64,000 nucleotides of DNA from contig OZ251235.1 in assembly GCA_965240325.2 (NCBI GenBank), positions 186,001 through 250,000 of the forward strand, in the 5' to 3' direction. The stretch comes from Rebecca billardiae RCC1528. Lineage: Eukaryota; Protista; Haptophyta. Of this stretch, positions 56,718-64,000 are shown piece after piece. Below the pieces are notes generated by a model. That model was not told the origin of the DNA, made no database searches, and saw only the letters and a program-made list of their open reading frames with translations. A program made the translations under genes and the position numbers. Position 1 is the first letter of the stretch. The number at the start of each line of letters is the position of its first letter.

Positions 56718-57020
56718 TATATATATATATATATATATGTGTATGTATTATATAACGACTGATGACAGCAGTTCTAACTTATTATTGATTACATAATTAA
56801 CTTGAACTGAGTCGCGTATATATATAACTATATATATAGTAATAACTGACGCGATCATTCTCTGACTGAGCAGTGAGCATGAGTGAGTGAGACTCTGTCT
56901 CTGAGTCTGATGACTGAGGTCACTGACGAGGCTGAGCCACTGCTATACGCTCAAGTTAAACTCACTTAAAGCGCGCCTTATTTATACGGACGGCGGAGAC
57001 TGGCTGCTAAGACGGAGAGT

Positions 57021-57048
57021 GAGAGAGAGAGCTGAGAGAGAGAGACGG

Positions 57049-57080
<32 letters not shown>
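57021..57080. repeat. (GA)n microsatellite
   Basis: Seen directly. Confidence 0.85.
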
Positions 57081-57083
<3 letters not shown>

Positions 57084-57270
57084 TCGACTATATACGGTGT
57101 CTATACGCTGTACGCATCCGCGACTCGTCCGAATCAGGCGGCCGTCAGGCGGCGAGTCACGCATCCGATCACGATTCACGTACGCATCGTGTGACGATCA
57201 CGCGTCGCGGAGCGGTAAGAGTCACCGAGCTGGCCTGGCGGCCCGGGCGGGGTGCAGTCTGCACCAGGTA

Positions 57271-58155
57271 TCAGTCCAGCTCAAAGAGCATCTCATCACT
57301 GAGAACCTTTGCTCGCACCTCCGCACCTGTGCGCGCATCGCGAGCCACGTGCGTGGCAGCATCCGCCGGGCCGTCGTCACCTTTGGCTCCCGTCGTCGAG
57401 GCGACGTGCTCACCGCTCTTGTCCGACTCGGGCGCCCCCTGTGCCGAAGGTGCAGGCGGCGCTGGTGCGGCGGCGGCCTGTTGAGCCGCGAGGCGTGCCT
57501 GCTCGCGCATCTGGCGCATCCGCTCGCCCGACTGCTGCTCGAGCAGCTCGACGAGCCGGCGCTGTGCACGCATCACCGCGCTGTCCAGTGCCAGCCCGTG
57601 CGAGCGCGCGGTCGCGATCGCCGCCTCGAGGCGTGCTGTGTCGCCGCCGTGCTCGGTGGCGGCGACGAGCTCAGCGCGAGCCTGAGCGGCCGCGAGGTCC
57701 TCGCGCTTGGCAGCCTCCCGCTCTGCTTCCGCGAGCCTGTCCGCGTACCGTGCGCGGAGAGCCCTCAGCTCTGTGGTCAGCTCGCTGTTGGTCGGTGCCG
57801 AGCGCAAGCCAGCGTCGCACGCGCTCACGGCGCGCGCCCATGCGCCGTCCTTGCCGGCCTCGAGCGCCTGGTCGCGAGCACGCGCCATCTCACGCGCCAC
57901 CTTCCCTCGCTCCTCAGCCGCGCGCTTTGCGGCGCGCTCCTCCTCGGTCTCGGCCTCGCTCATCGCGCCCTGCAGCGCGCCCATCATTCGCGCGAGCTCC
58001 TCGTCCTCGGCGAGGAGGCGCTTGTACTGCGACGGGTCGTCCTTGAGCGTGGCGAGCGCCGCGGCCATCTTCGGATGGGACATGAGCGAGACGACTCCCT
58101 CGTCGCCCAGCAGGGAGTCCGCCACCGACGGGTTGAGCATCTGCGCCGACGACAT
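57271..58155 (-). CDS. STI1(DP)-domain/TPR-like putative co-chaperone
   Basis: LMSHPKMAAALATLKDDPSQYKRLLAEDEEL (STI1/DP-like) and ALEAGKDGAWARAVSACDAGLRSAPTNSEL (TPR-like), coiled coil, C-terminus MLFELD. Confidence 0.6.
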   Translation of the reverse strand: MSSAQMLNPSVADSLLGDEGVVSLMSHPKMAAALATLKDDPSQYKRLLAEDEELARMMGALQGAMSEAETEEERAAKRAAEERGKVAREMARARDQALEAGKDGAWARAVSACDAGLRSAPTNSELTTELRALRARYADRLAEAEREAAKREDLAAAQARAELVAATEHGGDTARLEAAIATARSHGLALDSAVMRAQRRLVELLEQQSGERMRQMREQARLAAQQAAAAPAPPAPSAQGAPESDKSGEHVASTTGAKGDDGPADAATHVARDARTGAEVRAKVLSDEMLFELD

Positions 58156-58302
58156 GCTGCGTTGCCCGCCTGCGCACCCGTTGCGCAACCGTCACTCGTA
58201 AGCGCAGGTGGCGGTCCGCCTGGAAAGTGAAACCGTTCACGTCCCCTCCAGTGCTTCCTGGAGAATGGATCACAGCCTCTGGGAAAAAGGAGGGGGGACA
58301 CA

Positions 58303-61300
58303 ATGGGGAACCGCCAAGCGGTGGCGCGCCGCGCCGCCGCAGGCGGTAGCGACACAGAAGGGCAAGATCCACCGGCGCCGGCGTCGTCTGAGCGCGCTCC
58401 GCACGACGCGGCTGACCGCCCGAGCGGGGCCGAGCCTGGGGACGACGAGGACGCCGACCGCGTCGAGGCGTTCATTGCGCCGATAGACATCCCGGACCCG
58501 CGCACAAAGATCACCGCGGTCGCGAGGATGCTGCACCTGAGGCGAGTCACGTCGGGGAATAGGAGCAACTCGAACACGAGTCTCAAGACGCCGGAGATCC
58601 GGACGCCCGACGTGGGGATGACCCCCGAGCTGCCGCGCAGCATCGGGCAGCTCATGGACGTGACCGACGACGAGCTGCCCGACGCGATCCGCGCGAGCGT
58701 GGAGGAGGCGATCAGGCAGCGCATCAAGGAGGAGGAGGAGAAGGAGCAGGATGGGCTCTCTCGCTCGAACTCCGGCTTCCACTCCGCGCGCGCCCTGCTC
58801 ACCGGCGCCGACGGGCTCGCGCTCGCCGACCCTCCGAAGAACATCTTTGGGCCGGGCCACGCGCTCTCGCCCGAGGTGTACGGGGAGTTCCACAAGACGC
58901 AGAAGACGGACGGGTACATGCTGGCGTACAACTCGCTCGAGGCGGACGAGCGCATGTCGTGCTTCGAGACGCTCGTCTACTTCCAGTCCAAGATCGGCTA
59001 CCTCATCCGGCAGTGCAACCACCTGTGCACGGTCGAGCGCATCACCGAGCTGTTTGAGGGCATCGCGCTCGTCACCGCGACGGTGCTCGAGGCGTCGCAC
59101 TGCTGCATCTACGAGTACGACGAGTCGACGCGCAAGATGATCGTGGTGTTCGACAACGAGGCGGGCTCGCTCAACAACGGGCTGGTGCTGCCCAGCCTCG
59201 GCACCTTCGCCGGCGTCGCGCTGCGGCAGCGGACGGCCGTCTTCTCGAACCGCGGCGGCAACGGCGACGCGCGCTTCGCCTCGTGGCAGTACAAGCAGAT
59301 GTGCAAGAACCGGCGCGTGAAGCCCGGCGCGAAGGAGACGGGCGTGCAGACGCAGAACGCGATCGCCGTGCCGCTCTACACCTTCGGCGCGTCGACGCCC
59401 ACCCACGTGATCGAGGCGAGCAACCGCTCCGACGGGCCGTGGGACGCGTCGCACGTGTTCATCCTCAACACGCTCGCCGAGTACGCGGGGCCTGCGTTTG
59501 CGGGCGTGTGGCGCCGGATGGCGGACCACTCGCTCAAGGCGCTGCCGCAGCTGCTGAACACGTACCCGTCCGCGCACGCGCTCACGGTGGGCGTGCGCGA
59601 CTTCCTGTGCGACCTCTTCAACTGCGAGGACTGCGAGGTGTACTACCGCACGGGCTGGTGCGCCGCGCCGCGCGGCGCGGGGGCGCCGGGCGCGCGCGCG
59701 CGCGGGCCGCGGTCGGTGCCTGACGCGATGCGCGCGGGGCCCGCGCGCGCGCCGCCCTCGCGCGCGGCGGGCGGCGCAGGCAAGGCTGGATGGACGACGT
59801 GAGCGTCACCTCGAGGCGCAAGGTGAGCAAGGACTCGCTGTGGCGCTGGATCAACCGGCAGCACTCGGAGCGCACCAGGCAGGAGCCGCACGGCACCCTC
59901 CAGCACGGCTCACTCGCCAAGCGCGACGCGGCGGGGCTCAAGCGCACCGACTCGCGCCCGACGATCGGCGAGATCCAGAACGACCTGTCCGTGAAGGACT
60001 ACGCCATGTCCTTCTTGCCGGACAAGGACAAGTCCCTCGCGCACATGCTCGCCGGCCGCTCGCGCGACGAGGGCAAGCCGCTCACGGTCCGCGTCGACCC
60101 GCCCGCCGACAAGCACCCGAGCTTCAGCGCGCAGCACGACCACGCAGAGGAGATGCCGAGCAAGCCGACCTCGCTGCTCGTCGCGACGCTGTTCGGCCTG
60201 CCCATCCCGGCGGAGCGCGAGCGGCAGCGCGCGGACGCGAAGCCCGAGCTCTTCGCCGTGCTCCAGCTGCGCAACAGGCGGTGGTCGAGCGCGAGCAAGG
60301 GTGCGCCGTCCACGTTTGGGCCTCTGGACGTGGCGTTGTTCCAGAGGCTGGCGGTGCTGCTCGGCTCGACGCTGCGGCAGGGGCTGGTGGCCGAGCGCTC
60401 GCGCTTCCTCGCGGTGTGCACCGCGGCCGCGGAGGCGCGCACCGCCGCGGTCACCTCGCTCTCGCAGGCCACGGCCGCGCACATGCCGCTGCCCGACCTC
60501 TTTGCCTTTGTGACCGCGCAGGCGGTGCGGCTGATGCGGTGCGAGCGCGCCACCATGTGGCTGGTGGACCGCGAGCGCCAGGTGATGTACTCCTTCGAGC
60601 CGCCCAAGGAGGAGAAGGGCGCCGCCGCTCGGGCGCTCGGCGCCAAGCTGCGCCAGGCCGCGGGCATCAAGGACGAGCCCACGGTGACCGAGATGCCGCT
60701 GTCCGCGACCAGCCTGGCGGGCGCGTGCATCGAGTCCGGCAGGATCATCAGCCTCGCAGACGCGTACGCCGATGACCGCTTCAACAGGGTGCGTGGAACG
60801 CGGCGCGCCGCGGTGCGCGCGCCGAGGCGCGTGGCGCGCGCGCGCGCTCACGCGCGCCGCCCGCGCGCGGCCGCGCGCGCGCGCGCGCCCGAGCAGAAGC
60901 TCGACCAGCTCAACGCGAGGGGCCGCACGCGCTCGCTGATGTGCGTGCCCATCCACGACAAGAAGTTCCAGCAGACGCAGGGCTGCCTGCAGTGCGTGAA
61001 CAAGATGGACCGGTACGGCGAGTTCAAGGGCTCGACGTTCACCGAGCTGGACAAGGAGCTCGCCATCTCGTGCGCCAACCTGGTCGCGGTCGCCATCGTC
61101 TCGTCGCGCGCGCGCACCACGAAGGACCGGATGCGGGACACGGCGATCAGGACGTCCGCAGCAGCCTCGGCCAGCCGCGAGCCGGGCGCGCCGTCGCCGC
61201 TGGCGCCGCCGCCCGTCGTGCACGCGCAGTCCTCCGCCGCCATCGTCCCGCCGTCCACGCGGCCGGCGGACGCGCCGGGCACCCTCCGCCAAGGCGCGGC

Positions 61301-61460
61301 GGCCGTCGCAGAGGCCGGGCGCGAGACGCGCGTGAGCGGCTCGTTGCCGCAGTCGCCCGCCCAGGCTCGGCAGAGCCGGAGCTCCCGCGGCGAGCCGAAC
61401 CGGCAAACGCACGATTCGGCCCTTGCGTCGAGGTTACAACTCAGTGGCGGGGGGCGATGA
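58303..61460 (+). CDS. Multi-GAF-domain protein (PDE-type GAFs) with no recognisable catalytic domain; introns 59658-59779 and 60789-60896
   Basis: GAF-like blocks TQNAIAVPL...VIEASNR and SLLVATL...VLQLRNR...FGPLD. Third block CERATMWLVD...SLAGAC...DAYADDRFNRKLD...TRSLMCVPI...LQCVNK...FTELDKE (NKFDE-like). Confidence 0.8.
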
Positions 61461-61908
61461 TGAAGGTCGCAGCGCAGCCGCATATGGTACGCTCTGTACG
61501 CGTCCGCCGTCACGCCGTGCATGTATGGTAAGGATGTCGTGATGAAACTAGGCCGCCATTCGTTCTCGCATATTACGACTCGGACACTGCTCACGGTCAC
61601 CTCAGCTCCGCGCTATCACCTGACCGACTCCGACTCCGAGTACGAGATCTTAGTACTGGCGGACCAGCCCAGCGACTCAGTGCGCCACGCTGGGAAGTCC
61701 GGGGCCGCCCTCATTGTCAGTGTCCGGTTACGCCCTGTCCACCGCGAAGACGGTTGGCCGCCGGCTGGACCAGCGACCAAGCAAACGGGACTTGGTCCGC
61801 GCGGCGCCGCGCGCGTGCTCTGTCACGGGGCGCGATCTGGCTCACCGGCGCGCGCGCGCTCTCGTTCACAGGTGGTACCGTACGCACATCGTCACGCCCC
61901 CAGCTGCC

Positions 61909-62334
61909 ATGACGAACGCCGACACCGCCTCGAACACGAACCAGGACGTGAAGCCCGACGTGAAGCCGGATGGCGAGGCGAGCATTCAGCTCAAGGTCAA
62001 GTCGCAGGACGGCAACAACGAGACAGCATTCAAGGTGAAGGTATCCACGGACCTAAAGAAGCTCATGGACGCATACTGCAAGCGCCAGGTGAGTGCGACC
62101 GCCATGCTCGCCTGCGTCGCGCCGCGCCCCGTGGGCGCGCAGCTGCCACTCATTGGCTGCGCACAACGACTGGGCGCGTCCGCCGCACGCGCGACGCAGG
62201 GCATGACTCGCGACGCTGTCCGCTTCATTTTTGATGGTGAGCGGATCAGCGATGGCGACACTCCAAAGAGCCTGCAGATGGAGGACGATGACGTCATCGA
62301 CGCCGTGCTTCAGCAGGTTGGCGGCACCCGCTAG
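61909..62334 (+). CDS. SUMO: Small ubiquitin-like modifier (SUMO/Smt3) precursor; intron 62089-62199
   Basis: IQLKVKSQDG..FKVK..LKKLMDAYCKRQG...VRFIFDGERI...TPKSLQMEDDDVIDAVLQQVGG-TR. Confidence 0.95.
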   Translation: MTNADTASNTNQDVKPDVKPDGEASIQLKVKSQDGNNETAFKVKVSTDLKKLMDAYCKRQVSATAMLACVAPRPVGAQLPLIGCAQRLGASAARATQGMTRDAVRFIFDGERISDGDTPKSLQMEDDDVIDAVLQQVGGTR

Positions 62335-62630
62335 CCGTTCAGTCGGAGCCTCGCTCAGTCCCGGAACGGTTTGGGACAGAGGTCGTATTGCGCAGGCTCT
62401 GCCGCGCACCGCACACAGTAGACGACGCCATTGGTCATCGTCCTACTGTATTTCAGATCTGCTGAACACGTAACTTAGTATAGCTGAGCAGCGCGCTGGC
62501 TACTGACTTATTCAGGGGCTTGGCAGCCGCTCAGCAGACAGCATTTAGGACTCATTACTCACATTAGTCCGACTCAGACTGTCACTCAGAGTCAGTGCTC
62601 ACCGATCCGCGATCCGGCCTCCGGGCATAA

Positions 62631-62751
62631 GAGAGAGACGACGCGACAGAGAGAGACGATCGAGAGATCGAGAGAGAGAGAGAGAGAGATCATCGAGCAG
62701 AGATCGAGAGATCGAGAGATCGCCGAGATCGGGAGAGAGAGCCTGCTGAGC

Positions 62752-62783
<32 letters not shown>
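62631..62783. repeat. GA/GATC-rich microsatellite region
   Basis: Seen directly. Confidence 0.8.
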
Positions 62784-62787
<4 letters not shown>

Positions 62788-62894
62788 AATAAATATCATA
62801 TTGCGCCTGCTGATGCGCCTTATGGCAATCAGCTGCCGCAGCGTAGCAGCGCTCATCCATCATCGAGCTTCGTCGTCGCGCCGACTATACGTCG

Positions 62895-64000
62895 CTATAC
62901 GTCGTCGCCGTCGGCGACGTCAGCATCTGCATTAAGCCCGGTACGGCCGGTACTTGTAGCTCCCATCGAGCTCGGACTGGCCTCCGCACCGTCGTGCTCG
63001 CGGCGGAGCTGGCGCTCCGCTGCGAGGAGCGCGCGGTAGCACGCGCACGCGCGCGCCTCTCCATCGGGCCCGGCGCCGAGCAGCTCGTCGTGCGTCCCCT
63101 CGCCGACAAGCCTCCCGCCGTCCATCACGAGGATGCGCTCGGCGCGCCTGGCCGCGCTCAGCCGGTGCGTGATGGCGACGATGGTCGTCTCGCCGAGCGC
63201 CGCGGAGAGAGCGTCGTACGCGCCGAGCTCGGACGCCGCGTCGAGCTGCGAGGTGGCCTCGTCGAGGATGAGCACGCGCGGCGTGCGCAGCAGCGCGCGC
63301 GCGAGCAGCACGCGCTGCCGCTGCCCGCCGGACAGCCGGCAGCCGCCCTCGCCCACGCGCGTCGAGTAGCCGCGCTCCAGCCGCGGCACGAACTCGTCGC
63401 AGCCCGCCGCGCGTGCGGCGGCGCGCACGGCCGCAGCGGTGGCGTTGGGCGCGTGGAAGCGGATGTTGCTCGCGACCGAGCGGTCGAGCAGCCGCGCGTC
63501 CTGCGTCACCACCCACACGCGCGCGCGCACCTGCTGCGGCTCGAGCGCGTCGAGTGGGCGGCCATCGAGCAGCACGCGCCCAGCGCTCGGCCGCACGGCG
63601 CGCGCCATCAGCGCCGCCAGCGTCGACTTGCCTGAGCCGGAGCGGCCGACAATCGCGAGCCGCTCGCCGGGGCGCACGGTGCAGCTCACTTCGCTCACGG
63701 CCTCGGCCGCCCTGCCCCCGCCGCCCGCCACGCCGCGCTGCGCGTACGCGAAGCTCACGCCCTCGAGGCGCAGCTCCGCCCCGCCGCCGCCAGTCGCGCT
63801 CGCGCCTCGCTCCAGAGCCGGCGCGGTCTCGTGCTCGGCTGGCGGCGAGGCCGGCGGCGCGGCCAGCGGTTCGGCCGGAGCGGCGGGTTCGACTGCGGGC
63901 GCGACCGCGTACGCCGGCGGGCTGTCGAGCAGCTGGAAGTACCGGCCGAGGCTCGTGCGCAGCTGCGCGGCGCGCGCGTACACGTCGAGCGCCTCCTCGA
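62895..64000 (-). CDS. ABCB-type ABC transporter, C-terminal nucleotide-binding domain (5' part outside the window)
   Basis: Walker A GRSGSGKST, Q-loop VTQD, signature LSGGQRQR, Walker B ILDEATS and H-loop ITHRLS. Confidence 0.92.
   Translation of the reverse strand, partial: EEALDVYARAAQLRTSLGRYFQLLDSPPAYAVAPAVEPAAPAEPLAAPPASPPAEHETAPALERGASATGGGGAELRLEGVSFAYAQRGVAGGGGRAAEAVSEVSCTVRPGERLAIVGRSGSGKSTLAALMARAVRPSAGRVLLDGRPLDALEPQQVRARVWVVTQDARLLDRSVASNIRFHAPNATAAAVRAAARAAGCDEFVPRLERGYSTRVGEGGCRLSGGQRQRVLLARALLRTPRVLILDEATSQLDAASELGAYDALSAALGETTIVAITHRLSAARRAERILVMDGGRLVGEGTHDELLGAGPDGEARACACYRALLAAERQLRREHDGAEASPSSMGATSTGRTGLNADADVADGDDV

Overview
Very GC-rich eukaryotic nuclear DNA with short GC-rich GT-AG introns. 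A MinE with a bipartite-looking presequence suggests an alga with a secondary red plastid, possibly a haptophyte (inference). Genes in order: secreted sulfotransferase (family 2); a 7TM cAR/GCR1-type GPCR fused to a HET/TIR-like domain; CAP59/GT69 mannosyltransferase; GT-A-like protein; AIG1/GIMAP GTPase; NRT2 nitrate transporter; a ~3300-aa P4-ATPase-guanylyl cyclase chimera head-to-head with nuclear minE; a two-AP2-domain factor; an STI1/TPR co-chaperone head-to-head with a multi-GAF protein; SUMO; and the 3' end of an ABCB transporter. Positions 31304-51392 resolve into a nest of five mobile elements about 165 bp upstream of the AP2 start. It has two P/Galileo-like foldback elements (CAAGGG ends, 7-bp TSDs) and an 8-bp-TSD foldback element inside the first one's left TIR. 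Inside that sits an Ngaro-like tyrosine-recombinase retrotransposon with GAAT junctions, a 165-bp duplication and a satellite-disrupted recombinase. A 4x tandem array of a 2083-bp GGC..GCC TIR element lies in the right TIR. Further inverted repeat pairs lie at 636-2200/11613-13167 and 53560-54852/55445-56717. The main novelty candidates are the GPCR-HET/TIR fusion and the alveolate-type flippase-guanylyl cyclase in an apparently non-alveolate genome. All calls come from motif recognition by eye; no searches were run.
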